NCBI GenBank assembly: GCA_902613795.1
Contig: CACMIP010000003.1
Span: forward strand, 1,110-65,109
Length of the DNA: 64,000 nt
Reading direction: 5' to 3'
Source of the DNA: an uncultured OCS116 cluster bacterium
GTDB lineage: Bacteria; Pseudomonadota; Alphaproteobacteria; Rhizobiales; TMED25
Part shown: positions 29,665 through 39,697 of the stretch, in pieces
How positions within the stretch are numbered: the stretch's first letter is position 1
Layout: each line of letters opens with the position of its first letter
The notes under the pieces: generated by a model
Databases searched by the model: none
The model's input: only the letters and a program-made list of their open reading frames with translations
Told to the model about the DNA's origin: nothing
Program-made: the position numbers and the translations under genes

Positions 29665-30972
29665 ATGTCAGACTTTTCGCCACGAGAAATTGTATCCGAA
29701 CTAGATAGATTTATTATTGGTCAAAATAAGGCAAAGAGAGCGTGTGCAATAGCACTGCGAAACCAATGGCGTCGCCAGCAATTAACCGGTCCATTAAAGG
29801 ATGAGATATTACCTAAAAATATACTCATGATAGGGCCAACAGGCGTTGGTAAGACAGAAATTTCACGTAGGCTTGCAAAATTAGCTGATGCGCCATTTAT
29901 AAAGGTTGAAGCCACAAAATTTACTGAAGTTGGATATGTTGGGCGTGACGTTGAACAAATCATACGTGATTTAGTTGAAACGGCCATAGCAATGATAAAA
30001 GAGAAAAAACGAAAAGAAGTTGAAGCCAAAGCTCACCTATTATCAGAGGAAAGAGTTATCAACGCCCTTGTTGGGGAGAATGCATCAGAGTCAACAAAAG
30101 AATCATTTAGAAAAAAATTAAGAGATGGCGAATTAGATGATAAAGAAATAGATCTAAAAATAAAAGACTCAGCGTCAAACATGACATCGTTTGAAGTACC
30201 GGGGATGCCAGGTGCTCAAATGGGTATGTTAAATATTGGTGACATGCTCGGAAAAGCAATGGGTGATAAGTATAAATCAAAAAAGATGCTTGTAAAAGAT
30301 AGCTATGAAATTCTGCTACAAGAAGAGTCTGATAATTTACTGGACCACGACACAATTATCCAAGAGGCACTAAAAAGTGTTCAGAATCATGGTATTGTTT
30401 TCATTGATGAGATAGATAAAATCTGCGCTCGTGAAAATCGACAAGGAGCAGATGTAAGCCGTGAAGGAGTTCAAAGAGATTTGCTTCCCCTAATTGAAGG
30501 TACGTCGGTATCAACAAAACATGGCATTGTAAAAACAGACCATATATTGTTTATTACTTCAGGTGCATTTCACCTTGCAAAACCGTCCGATCTTCTTCCT
30601 GAACTACAAGGTAGACTGCCTATACGGGTTGAGCTCGGGGCTTTATCAAAAGAAGATTTTGTAAGTATATTATCAGATACAGAAGCAAGCCTGATTAAAC
30701 AATATATAGCGCTTATGGATACAGAAGGTCTTAAATTAGAATTTTCAAAAGACGCAATAGAAAAAATTGCAGACATTGCAGTAAGTGTAAATTCAAATGT
30801 TGAGAATATTGGTGCCAGGAGACTTCATACGGTTCTGGAGAGGGTACTCGATGATATTAGCTTCACAGCACCTGATCTTGATGAAAAAAATATAAAAATT
30901 GATCAAGATTATGTCTCAAATCATATAGAAGATCTCGCAAATAATGCAGATCTTTCAAAATTTATTTTATAA
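29665..30972 (+). CDS. hslU: ATP-dependent protease ATPase subunit HslU
   Basis: Walker [18 protein letters not shown], Walker [11 protein letters not shown]. Confidence 0.97.
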   Translation: MSDFSPREIVSELDRFIIGQNKAKRACAIALRNQWRRQQLTGPLKDEILPKNILMIGPTGVGKTEISRRLAKLADAPFIKVEATKFTEVGYVGRDVEQIIRDLVETAIAMIKEKKRKEVEAKAHLLSEERVINALVGENASESTKESFRKKLRDGELDDKEIDLKIKDSASNMTSFEVPGMPGAQMGMLNIGDMLGKAMGDKYKSKKMLVKDSYEILLQEESDNLLDHDTIIQEALKSVQNHGIVFIDEIDKICARENRQGADVSREGVQRDLLPLIEGTSVSTKHGIVKTDHILFITSGAFHLAKPSDLLPELQGRLPIRVELGALSKEDFVSILSDTEASLIKQYIALMDTEGLKLEFSKDAIEKIADIAVSVNSNVENIGARRLHTVLERVLDDISFTAPDLDEKNIKIDQDYVSNHIEDLANNADLSKFIL

Positions 30973-31584
30973 TTAAGTCTTCAAAAGTATGTAATAGGCG
31001 CCTTCCCCGCCATGCTTTAAATTAGCATACCTAAAACCGTTTATGTCATTTCGAATTTGTGGTAGCTTTAACCAATTTGGAAGATTCTGATTTAAAACAC
31101 CGCGTGCAAATCTAGTTTGATACCCATCATTTGTATTATCTTTTGATATACCCTTACCGGTAATGATTAAAATAATACTCAAGTTATTCTTTTTTGCCAT
31201 CCTCACAAAATTAATAGTAGCATCTTTTGCTTCTTCCTGGTTCATACCATGCAAATCCAAAGTTGAGTCGATTTTGATTTGACCCCTTGACATTTTTTGT
31301 TCTAATCTTCGGTGGATCCCTGTGAACTCAGCTTTTTCATCAGAGTTATTGTTTAAGATTATATTAGGTAAGTCTTCATTTATGATTTTTTTTCGTTTGA
31401 CCCTTTTTTTGACAGTACTTTGCTCACTGATATCTCTTGATATTATTATGTTATCTTCAATAATACTTTCTTTTTGATGTGTAACTTTAGATCTACCAGA
31501 TTTTTTTATCGGCTCAACCTTATCTAATATCTGGTTCCATAATTTCAAATCACTACTTGATATTTTCTTATTATTTTTTTTCAT
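30973..31584 (-). CDS. Smr-domain protein
   Basis: C-terminal Smr domain (TLDLHGMNQEEA...IILIITGKG...GVL...). Its stop codon abuts the hslU stop. Confidence 0.8.
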   Translation of the reverse strand: MKKNNKKISSSDLKLWNQILDKVEPIKKSGRSKVTHQKESIIEDNIIISRDISEQSTVKKRVKRKKIINEDLPNIILNNNSDEKAEFTGIHRRLEQKMSRGQIKIDSTLDLHGMNQEEAKDATINFVRMAKKNNLSIILIITGKGISKDNTNDGYQTRFARGVLNQNLPNWLKLPQIRNDINGFRYANLKHGGEGAYYILLKT

Positions 31585-32522
31585 AGTCTATCAAATATAA
31601 TTATATCACCCTGGGATTTCATATTTCCAGCATTTTCATCGTTGCCAAAAAAAATATCCCCTCTATGTAGACCCTTTATTGCCGATCCTTTGTCTTGCGC
31701 AAACATTAGTCTCTGGAATCGCTTAAACTTTTTTGAGCCCTTGATTGGAATTTTTGTATCAAGCCAGATAGGGGTGTTAGCGTTGTATATTGACGTATCA
31801 ATAGCAAGTGATCTGAAAGGTGTTAACCTTATACCAAGTTGGCCCAATGGATGAACATTTACCTCATCCTTCAAGTCTTCTTTAAAGAAAATAAATGATT
31901 TATTTATGTACTTTTTGGCTAAATTTTCTTGGCTTGAACTCATCCATTTTTTTATCGAACCCATTGATATTTGGGTTTTTTTTATATAGTTATTATCTGT
32001 TAAGTACCTCCCTATTGATGTGTATTCATAATTATTCTTGCTATTAAATACAAATCTTCGCTCTGTTCCATTTTCAAATTTTAAGGTACCAGAGCCTTGA
32101 ATGTGCATGAAATATAAGCCAACGGGATTTGATAGCCATGCTAAAATTGGAAGGTCCCAATATATTTTTTCTTCGAGTTCTCTTCTGGTTAAATTTACAA
32201 ATTTATCTGATTTATTTTTTGGAGATCCATACAAAGGGTATTGATATTCCCCTGTTTTATCAGATGACGCGTTTAAGGATGGTTCATAGTATCCTGTGTA
32301 AAGACTTGCCTCATTTTGTTTTCTTAAAACTCTATACGGCTGATAATTCTTTTCAAAATATCTCCGTGCCATATTATTATTTTGCATTTTTTGGTCTAAT
32401 AAGTCGTACTTCGTGCTCTTATTTAGAACCGTAAATGCATCCAAATGATTATCATGTACCCAACCTTTTATATCTTCAAAAGAAACTTTTTGAAGTTGCT
32501 TTGTATTTATTTTATTAATCAT
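31581..32522 (-). CDS. mltA: MltA-family lytic murein transglycosylase homologue (no signal peptide evident)
   Basis: YTGYYEPSL...EYQYPLYG, MHIQGSGTLKF, and the 3D-domain catalytic region FAQDKGSAIKG. Confidence 0.85.
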   Translation of the reverse strand: MINKINTKQLQKVSFEDIKGWVHDNHLDAFTVLNKSTKYDLLDQKMQNNNMARRYFEKNYQPYRVLRKQNEASLYTGYYEPSLNASSDKTGEYQYPLYGSPKNKSDKFVNLTRRELEEKIYWDLPILAWLSNPVGLYFMHIQGSGTLKFENGTERRFVFNSKNNYEYTSIGRYLTDNNYIKKTQISMGSIKKWMSSSQENLAKKYINKSFIFFKEDLKDEVNVHPLGQLGIRLTPFRSLAIDTSIYNANTPIWLDTKIPIKGSKKFKRFQRLMFAQDKGSAIKGLHRGDIFFGNDENAGNMKSQGDIIIFDRL

Positions 32523-32534
32523 TATTTGCTTTGG

Positions 32535-33188
32535 TTAATTAAGCCGACGTATTGCTATTACTTTCCAATTCGGATCTTTCGACTTTAAATTTTTGCTAAA
32601 CGTCCAAACTTCCTTAGTCTTTGCACTATTTCTTTTTGTAGATTTTTCATCATCCTTCAACTCACTAATGGTTGAGCTCGTCTCAGCATTAATACTACAG
32701 GTTATACTCGCTATATTTTTCTCTATTTTTATGTCATCAATCTGCAATTCGCTAACTTTAATAATGCTATATTCAAGTTTTTGTGCAGCTTCATTTCTTG
32801 CGTCAATGGAAGCCTTAAAATCCTCATAGAGTTCTTTTCCCAAAAGTGAGTTCAAAGTCTTGTGATCTTCTTCAGAGTGCCCAATCAGAATCATTTCGTA
32901 TGCTTTAATTGCTCCTTCCTTGAAATATTCAAGGCTAAAACCATTCAATGACTTCTCAAGATACTTTAATTCACCAATAAAACTGCTAATATTTTTTTCA
33001 TCTTCATAAATCTCTTGTGGGCTGCTAACGTCACCTTCATGAGTTTTTCCAGCAGCTTTACTTTTATGCTCATCAAAGTCTATGACAACTGGTTTTTCTA
33101 GACCAGTTCTTCTACCAAGAACAGAGCGTAACATTATCAATATAAATATTACAATTATGAGCAGTATTAAATTTATGATATCAAACAT
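32535..33188 (-). CDS. Tim44-like domain membrane protein
   Basis: N-terminal TM helix (ILLIIVIFILIML) plus a C-terminal Tim44-like domain ending ...WTFSKNLKSKDPNWKVIAI. Lies next to secB/mltA, as I recall for other alphaproteobacteria. Confidence 0.7.
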   Translation of the reverse strand: MFDIINLILLIIVIFILIMLRSVLGRRTGLEKPVVIDFDEHKSKAAGKTHEGDVSSPQEIYEDEKNISSFIGELKYLEKSLNGFSLEYFKEGAIKAYEMILIGHSEEDHKTLNSLLGKELYEDFKASIDARNEAAQKLEYSIIKVSELQIDDIKIEKNIASITCSINAETSSTISELKDDEKSTKRNSAKTKEVWTFSKNLKSKDPNWKVIAIRRLN

Positions 33189-33272
33189 ATTGGAATCAAA
33201 AGTTTTTATTTACCTATAATATATATGTATTACAGAGATAATTGAAAATATTTTATCAGATTTTTCAAATAA

Positions 33273-33300
33273 TTGACCGAAAGCCACTATCTGCTATGAT
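33273..33300 (+). promoter_or_regulatory. sigma-70-type promoter candidate for secB
   Basis: TTGACC (33273-33278), a 16-nt spacer, then TATGAT (33295-33300). It lies about 28 nt upstream of the secB ATG. Confidence 0.4.
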
Positions 33301-33327
33301 ATAATTATCAAGTTTTTATTTATTGCT

Positions 33328-33765
33328 ATGAATGAAGAATTAAAAAGTGGGTTTAAATTTCTGAGCCAATATGTGAAGGATCTCTCTTTCGAGAACCCAA
33401 AAGTCCCAAGAAAACTTCCCCATATGATGGCAAAGCCAGATATCAATGTCAGCGTTAACGTGAATGCAGCAACTTTAGATAAAGAAAATAGCATTTATGA
33501 GGTCGAAATTAGTACCAAGGCTACATCTACAATTGAAGATGAGCCATGTTTTATTATTGATTTGTCTTATGCATGCGTTGTTCAGCTCAATAATATTGAA
33601 CAAAATAACAAGTCATTTGTCATACTTGTTGAAATCCCAAGAATGCTCTTTCCATTTGTGAGAAGAATAATTGCTGATAGTGTAAGAGATGGTGGATTCC
33701 CTCCACTTTATATTGAGCCCATAGATTTTTTAAAGCTTTTTGAAAAAAATATGCGGAAAAATTAA
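33328..33765 (+). CDS. secB: protein-export chaperone SecB
   Basis: 145 aa with SQYVKDLSFENP and LFPFVRRIIADSVRDGGFPPL motifs. Confidence 0.92.
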   Translation: MNEELKSGFKFLSQYVKDLSFENPKVPRKLPHMMAKPDINVSVNVNAATLDKENSIYEVEISTKATSTIEDEPCFIIDLSYACVVQLNNIEQNNKSFVILVEIPRMLFPFVRRIIADSVRDGGFPPLYIEPIDFLKLFEKNMRKN

Positions 33766-33767
33766 TT

Positions 33768-34457
33768 TTATTCTTTTTTAGACCACAATGCTTTTTTTAC
33801 AAAATTCTTGGTAAATTCACGATGTTTATCAAGCTCTTCAGGTGTAAGCTCCTGCGCTGGCCGTCTCTCACGCAGAACTCTACTTACATTATCATCAAGT
33901 AGACTTTTATTAGTATCATCTTTGTGTAATTCGAGATTACTTTGGCGACCACCGATTAATTCTATATAAACTTGTGCCAATAATTCGCAGTCAGATTTTG
34001 CATCATGCAGACCTCTTTTTTGCTCAGCTATGTTATATCGTTTACATAACGCGTCTAGGTTATTTGGCATACCAGGATGTTTTGCCCTTGCAATAGCAAG
34101 AGTATCAATAACCTTATCATCTGCAATTAGTTTTTTGCTCTCAAGAGATAATTCATGATTTAGAAAGCCAACATCAAAAGATGCATTATGCGCTAAAACA
34201 GCTGAGTCACCGATAAACTCAAGAAAATTATCTGCAACTTCATCAAAAATTGGCTTTTCATTTAAAAAATCATTTGATATGCCATGTACTTTAAAAGCCC
34301 CTTCGGAAATTTCTTTTCCTTGCGGGTTCACGTACTCATGAAAATATTTATCTGTTGGAATATGATTAATTAACTCCAGGCAAGCAATCTCAATAATTTT
34401 ATCACCTTTTTTTGGGTCTAAACCAGTTGTCTCTATATCAACAACAATCTCTCTCAT
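33768..34457 (-). CDS. dnaQ: DNA polymerase III epsilon subunit (3'-5' exonuclease)
   Basis: Exo motifs VVDIETTGLD, AHNASFDVGFL and HDAKSDCELLAQVY. Confidence 0.93.
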   Translation of the reverse strand: MREIVVDIETTGLDPKKGDKIIEIACLELINHIPTDKYFHEYVNPQGKEISEGAFKVHGISNDFLNEKPIFDEVADNFLEFIGDSAVLAHNASFDVGFLNHELSLESKKLIADDKVIDTLAIARAKHPGMPNNLDALCKRYNIAEQKRGLHDAKSDCELLAQVYIELIGGRQSNLELHKDDTNKSLLDDNVSRVLRERRPAQELTPEELDKHREFTKNFVKKALWSKKE

Positions 34458-34458
34458 T

Positions 34459-35052
34459 TTAAATACTCATCAGCTTATTTAACTCTTTTACGATTTTTTC
34501 TATATGATCTCTTGTTTTCGCTTCGTCATGATTATTAATTATGAAATCTGATCTATTAATCTTTTCACTATTTGGTATTTGGTTTGCTTTTATCGCTAAA
34601 TACTTCTCTTTGCTCATATTTTTTCTTAATAAGGCCCTTTTTTCTTGAATGTTTTCCGTCACATCTACGAGTATAATTTTATCGAACTCATGCTCCAAGT
34701 TTTTTTCAAAAAGTAACGGTACCTCTATAACCACAAGTTTAGATTTTTTACTAAGCTCTTGATTTATAAAATTATCTCTTTCTATCTTAACAAGAGGATG
34801 AATATAATTCTCCAATTTTTCTAGTTTTATACTATCTTTAAACACAATATTCGCGATATCTTCGTTACTAAACTCATTATCACTAACAAGTATCTCATCT
34901 TTTATAAAATTATTTAAATCAACATTATGTCTATAAATCCCTCTTACACATTCATCAGAACTAAATACAGGTATATTATATTCAGTCTTAAATATGCTTA
35001 AAACAAATGATTTCCCAACAGCTATTGAACCCGTTAAGCCAATTTTGATCAT
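34459..35052 (-). CDS. coaE: dephospho-CoA kinase
   Basis: P-loop IGLTGSIAVGKS. 197 aa. Confidence 0.9.
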   Translation of the reverse strand: MIKIGLTGSIAVGKSFVLSIFKTEYNIPVFSSDECVRGIYRHNVDLNNFIKDEILVSDNEFSNEDIANIVFKDSIKLEKLENYIHPLVKIERDNFINQELSKKSKLVVIEVPLLFEKNLEHEFDKIILVDVTENIQEKRALLRKNMSKEKYLAIKANQIPNSEKINRSDFIINNHDEAKTRDHIEKIVKELNKLMSI

Positions 35053-35654
35053 TCAATATACCCTGCTTTTCTCAGAAATTTTGTAAGTTGTAATATTGAA
35101 ATACCTTGAATTGAGAATAGGTCATCTCCAATACTCTCAAACAAGTTAATTCCTTTACCTTCAATCTCATAGGCGCCGAGTATATTGAGTACTTTATCGC
35201 CAATCTCCCTTATGTAGTTTTTTATGTATTCATCACTAAGTGTCCTCATCTGCATATCTTGCACCGATATGTAAGACCAGATCTGTTTAGATTTCATGAC
35301 ACAAGTAGTGGCTGTAATAAGCTTATGATTTTCACCACTTAAGCCCCTAAGTTGCTCGATAGATTCTTCATAATTTACTGGTTTATTTAAAATTCTTTTT
35401 TTAAAGTAGAGTGTTTGATCACAACCAATAATCAAATCTTTACCATATCTACCAGAAATATTTTTGGCTTTCTCGAAAGAGAGTTTCTTTACCAGATCTT
35501 GGGCATCTTTCAATGAGCATATTTTGCCATTAAGGGAATCTTGTAATTGTGTCTCATCAAAATCTGATTTAATGGCCTTGAACCTAATGCCTGTGTTCTT
35601 GAGTAAATTCCTTCTTATTTCACTCTGAGTTGCTAATATTATATCATATTCCAT
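35049..35654 (-). CDS. maf: Maf-like nucleoside triphosphate pyrophosphatase
   Basis: 201 aa, Maf fold (IILATQSEIRRNLL...GAYEIEGKG). Overlaps coaE by 4 nt. Confidence 0.85.
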   Translation of the reverse strand: MEYDIILATQSEIRRNLLKNTGIRFKAIKSDFDETQLQDSLNGKICSLKDAQDLVKKLSFEKAKNISGRYGKDLIIGCDQTLYFKKRILNKPVNYEESIEQLRGLSGENHKLITATTCVMKSKQIWSYISVQDMQMRTLSDEYIKNYIREIGDKVLNILGAYEIEGKGINLFESIGDDLFSIQGISILQLTKFLRKAGYIE

Positions 35655-36484
35655 TATGCAGTATGCCTTCCCCTGAGCAAAAGCATTATCTCCGCAGCAG
35701 TCTCTTCAATAGATTTTCTAGTTACATCAATAACGGGCCAATTATTATTTTCAAAAAGTTTTTTTGCTTTTAGAATTTCTTCACTAACAAGCCTCTTATC
35801 CACATAGTTGCTATCATCTTTTGCATTTAAGGCCATCAGTCTATTTTTTCTAATTTGTATTATTCGCTCAGGTGTCGCTACAAGTCCTACAATCATGGGA
35901 TGTTTTACGGTATCCAATTCGGGTGGCAAAGGAATGTCATTCACAAACGGAATATTCGCAGTTTTTATACCCCTGTTTGCTAAATAAATGCTTGTGGGAG
36001 TTTTTGATGTTCGGCTCACACCGATAAGTATAATGTCCGCTGCATTTAAATCTCCAGAAATAATACCGTCGTCATGAGCGAGGGTGTAATTCATCGCATC
36101 AATTCTTTCAAAATACTCGGTATTTAACTGGTGTTGTCCACCGACTATTGGGCTGCCTTTTATTCCATAAACTGACGTCAGAGACTGATGAATGGTATCA
36201 AGCGGATCAATAAGTGGTATGCTCAGCTCATCGCACAAAGCCTGAAGTGTCTTCTTTAACTCTATGTCGTATAGAGTGCACAGAATTATACCCGGTTTCT
36301 CTTTTATCTCTTCATATACAGTTTCAATTTGTTTTTTGCTCCTAACAAGAGAATGTATATGTTGCTCAAAGTTCAGGTTCTTATATTGAACTAGTACAGC
36401 TTTCGCTATTGTACTAAGTGTTTCACCAGTTGAGTCACTTACCAAATGTATATTATAAGAAATTTTATTTTCAACAGGCACCAT
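35654..36484 (-). CDS. pyruvate,phosphate dikinase / PEP synthetase regulatory protein (DUF299 kinase-phosphotransferase)
   Basis: HLVSDSTGET N-terminus and the GVSRTSKTPTSIYLANRG P-loop. Confidence 0.88.
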   Translation of the reverse strand: MVPVENKISYNIHLVSDSTGETLSTIAKAVLVQYKNLNFEQHIHSLVRSKKQIETVYEEIKEKPGIILCTLYDIELKKTLQALCDELSIPLIDPLDTIHQSLTSVYGIKGSPIVGGQHQLNTEYFERIDAMNYTLAHDDGIISGDLNAADIILIGVSRTSKTPTSIYLANRGIKTANIPFVNDIPLPPELDTVKHPMIVGLVATPERIIQIRKNRLMALNAKDDSNYVDKRLVSEEILKAKKLFENNNWPVIDVTRKSIEETAAEIMLLLRGRHTA

Positions 36485-36851
36485 TTATAAGTACTCCAAT
36501 AATGTGTATATCTCTAAAATACAGAAAAAATACCTAATTTTATACATATTTCCCGGAATTTATTAACATCATAGTTGCAGTTAATAACCCACAAACTTTA
36601 TTAACATCTATTTTTAGTAAAACTTATGTACAAGTTATACACAAATTGCTAACAGAATTTGTAAGAAAGCGACACAGGTAAAAGATACGATCAATGAATG
36701 ATTATTGTAATTTAAAGTTAGATATTCAAACTTTGCTATTAAAATTATATACTTACCCTGTTAATATTTAAAATGTGGATATTTTGTGCATAAAAAATAA
36801 TTACCAATGTCCACACGGTAACAACAACAGAAACTTTTAAATATATATATA
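36485..36851. other. candidate chromosomal replication origin (oriC) region
   Basis: 367-bp AT-rich non-coding spacer upstream of hemE, the conserved alphaproteobacterial origin marker. DnaA-box-like 9-mers: TTATACACA 36635-36643 (8/9), ATATCCACA on the minus strand at 36774-36782 (8/9), and three 7/9 matches at 36503-36511, 36585-36593 and 36807-36815. Confidence 0.45.
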
Positions 36852-37877
36852 ATGACTATTCTGTGTAAATTAAGCGATGGGGATAAAACATGGCCACCTC
36901 CCATATGGCTTATGAGGCAAGCCGGTCGGTATTTGCCTGAATACAATGTTATTAGAAATAAGGCAGGTAGTTTTCTAGACTTGTGTTACAAACCAGATTA
37001 TGCATCCGAGGTAACTCTACAGCCAATAAGACGATTTGATTTGGATGCGGCTATTATTTTTGCAGATATTTTATTAATCATACAAAACTTTGGTATGGGT
37101 ATAAAATTTGAGGAGAAGGTTGGTCCAGTCTTAGAAAAACCTCTTATAGAAAACCCGGTGCTGAATGTTATCACTGAAGTCGAAAAATCAAAATTAGTAA
37201 ACGTCGGTGAGGCAATTAATTTAACCAGAAATAAGTTACCAAGAGAGAAGAGTTTAATAGGTTTTTGTGGGGCACCCTGGACAGTAGTGACTTACATGAT
37301 TAATGGTCGATCAAAAAAAGATCTATCTCAATCCGTTAGATGGATGGAGGATAACCCATCATTAGGAAACGATATCATTGATGTACTGGTTGATCTATCT
37401 GCTGCTTACTTAATTTTGCAGATTAAAGCAGGGGCTGATGTTGTAAAAATTTTTGATTCATGGGCAGGTGTTTTGAATGAAAATCAATTCAATAATTGGG
37501 TAATCAAGCCAACGAGTAAAATTATCGCAAAAGTAAAAGATATCTTCCCTAAAACTCCTATAATTGGTTTCCCCAAGGGCGCACATCAATTTTATGAAAA
37601 ATATGCCTTGGAAACAGGGTTAAATATAATAGCAGTCGATAGTGAATTAGATAGAGATTACGTTAGAAAAGTACTCCAGAAAAAAGTAATAGTTCAAGGA
37701 AATATTTCCCCCAATACTCTATTAAAGGGTGGTGAGGAACTTAAAAACGATATTGAGTTAAATATAAACATGTTTCGTGATCAGCCCTTTATTCTTGGAC
37801 TTGGTCATGGTATCTTGAAAGAGACACCGCCTCAGCATGTAGAAGATCTCGTGCAATTTGTTAGGAGTTTCAATTAA
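36852..37877 (+). CDS. hemE: uroporphyrinogen decarboxylase
   Basis: Signature PIWLMRQAGRYLPEY near the N-terminus. 341 aa. Confidence 0.95.
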   Translation: MTILCKLSDGDKTWPPPIWLMRQAGRYLPEYNVIRNKAGSFLDLCYKPDYASEVTLQPIRRFDLDAAIIFADILLIIQNFGMGIKFEEKVGPVLEKPLIENPVLNVITEVEKSKLVNVGEAINLTRNKLPREKSLIGFCGAPWTVVTYMINGRSKKDLSQSVRWMEDNPSLGNDIIDVLVDLSAAYLILQIKAGADVVKIFDSWAGVLNENQFNNWVIKPTSKIIAKVKDIFPKTPIIGFPKGAHQFYEKYALETGLNIIAVDSELDRDYVRKVLQKKVIVQGNISPNTLLKGGEELKNDIELNINMFRDQPFILGLGHGILKETPPQHVEDLVQFVRSFN

Positions 37878-38321
37878 ATGGATGATGGTAGCTTATATTT
37901 AATAGTTAAATCGCTGCATATAATATCTGTAATTGCTTGGTCTGCCGCTCTCCTTTATTTACCAAGGTTATTTGTATATCACTCTGATTTACAAGCTGGT
38001 AGTGAGGCTTCAGAATTACTGAAGATTATGGAGTATCGATTAGGAAGATATATCATGTCTCCTGCAATGATAGCATCTTGGGTGTTTGGTCTTCTATTAA
38101 TTTTTTATTTTGATGTGATAGATTTTTCTCAAGATTTCTGGTTTCATTCAAAGTTTTTATTGGTGGTAATTTTATCTGCATATCATGGCTTATTGATTGG
38201 GTATATGAAAAAATTCCAACAAGATAAGAATGTAAAAACTCATAGATTTTTTCGCGTAATTAATGAAATTCCAACAGTTTTAATTATACTAATTGTATTT
38301 TTGGTCATTTTAAGACCTTAA
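37878..38321 (+). CDS. hemJ: protoporphyrinogen IX oxidase HemJ (UPF0093 membrane protein)
   Basis: 147-aa multi-TM protein with LHIISVIAWSAALLYLPRLFVYH. Lies immediately after hemE. Confidence 0.8.
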   Translation: MDDGSLYLIVKSLHIISVIAWSAALLYLPRLFVYHSDLQAGSEASELLKIMEYRLGRYIMSPAMIASWVFGLLLIFYFDVIDFSQDFWFHSKFLLVVILSAYHGLLIGYMKKFQQDKNVKTHRFFRVINEIPTVLIILIVFLVILRP

Positions 38322-38404
38322 TTTTTCTTTTGATATGATTTATTTTATGTGATATGGTTTAATTAATTTTTTCATCTAGTATATTCTATACAAAATTCTC
38401 AATT

Positions 38405-39697
38405 ATGACCGAAAAACAAAAAAACACGAACAGCAATCAAGTGCGACTTGCAGATTTAAAGGAAAAGAAGCCAGTTGAATTATTAGGCATTGCTGAAGAG
38501 CACGAAATTGAAAATGCAAGCACACTCAGGAAGCAAGAGTTGCTATTTGCGATATTAAAGAGGTTAGCTGAAAAAGATATAACAATAATTGGTGACGGTG
38601 TTGTGGAGGTGTTGCAGGATGGGTTCGGATTCATTCGTTCTCCGGATGCAAATTATCTACCTGGTCCTGATGACATATATGTAAGCCCAAGCCAAATAAG
38701 AAGATTTACCTTAAGAACAGGCGATAGCATAGAAGGCGAGATCAGAAGCCCGAAAGAAGGAGAAAGGTATTTTGCTTTACTCAAAGTCAATACAATAAAT
38801 TTTGAAGATCCTGAAAAGGGGCGCCACAAGATTAACTTTGATAATTTAACACCCTTATATCCAGATCAGTCTCTTACAATGGAAGTTCTGGACCCCTCAT
38901 TAAAGGATAAAAGTGGCCGTATAATTGATATCGTGGCTCCGCTTGGAAAAGGTCAAAGGGGTCTGATTGTTGCGCCTCCGAGAACAGGTAAAACAGTATT
39001 ACTTCAAAATATTGCTCACTCAATTACGACCAATCATCCCGAGTGTTATCTTATAGTTCTCCTTATCGATGAGAGGCCTGAAGAGGTTACTGATATGCAA
39101 AGATCGGTGAATGGTGAAGTTGTTTCATCGACCTTTGATGAGCCGGCTGCAAGACACGTTCAAGTGGCAGAAATGGTTATTGAGAAGGCCAAAAGACTCG
39201 TAGAACATGGGCGTGATGTTATCATACTTCTAGACTCCATCACAAGACTTGGACGAGCTTATAACACGGTAGTACCTTCATCCGGGAAGGTTTTAACTGG
39301 TGGTGTCGACGCAAATGCCCTACAAAGACCAAAAAGATTTTTTGGCGCTGCGCGTAATATTGAGGAGGGCGGTTCGCTCACCATCATATCCACCGCATTA
39401 ATAGATACCGGTAGCAGAATGGATGAAGTCATCTTTGAGGAATTTAAAGGAACAGGTAATTCAGAGATAATTCTCGATAGAAAGGTCTCCGACAAACGCG
39501 TATTTCCATCGATGGATATTCTACGTTCCGGAACAAGAAAAGAAGAACTTTTAATTGGTGATGGGACACTTAAAAAAATGTTTGTGTTGCGCCGTATTTT
39601 AAATCCTATGGGCACCGTTGATGCCATGGAATTTCTTTTAGATAAAATTTCACAGACAAAAGATAACAATGAGTTTTATGACTCTATGAACACCTGA
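38405..39697 (+). CDS. rho: transcription termination factor Rho
   Basis: N-terminal RNA-binding region ([14 protein letters not shown]) and ATPase Walker [15 protein letters not shown]. Confidence 0.97.
   Translation: MTEKQKNTNSNQVRLADLKEKKPVELLGIAEEHEIENASTLRKQELLFAILKRLAEKDITIIGDGVVEVLQDGFGFIRSPDANYLPGPDDIYVSPSQIRRFTLRTGDSIEGEIRSPKEGERYFALLKVNTINFEDPEKGRHKINFDNLTPLYPDQSLTMEVLDPSLKDKSGRIIDIVAPLGKGQRGLIVAPPRTGKTVLLQNIAHSITTNHPECYLIVLLIDERPEEVTDMQRSVNGEVVSSTFDEPAARHVQVAEMVIEKAKRLVEHGRDVIILLDSITRLGRAYNTVVPSSGKVLTGGVDANALQRPKRFFGAARNIEEGGSLTIISTALIDTGSRMDEVIFEEFKGTGNSEIILDRKVSDKRVFPSMDILRSGTRKEELLIGDGTLKKMFVLRRILNPMGTVDAMEFLLDKISQTKDNNEFYDSMNT

Noticed and set aside
36485-36851. CtrA-type TTAA-N7-TTAA sites in the candidate origin, as in the Caulobacter Cori
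   Set aside because: I checked every TTAA in the spacer, and none has a second TTAA at 7-nt spacing. The same is true for the rpsT-dnaA spacer.
36761-36946. 61-aa minus-strand ORF spanning the hemE start and part of the candidate origin spacer
   Set aside because: It overlaps the well-supported hemE N-terminus (PIWLMRQAGRYLPEY lies on the other strand) and has no RBS or recognisable fold.
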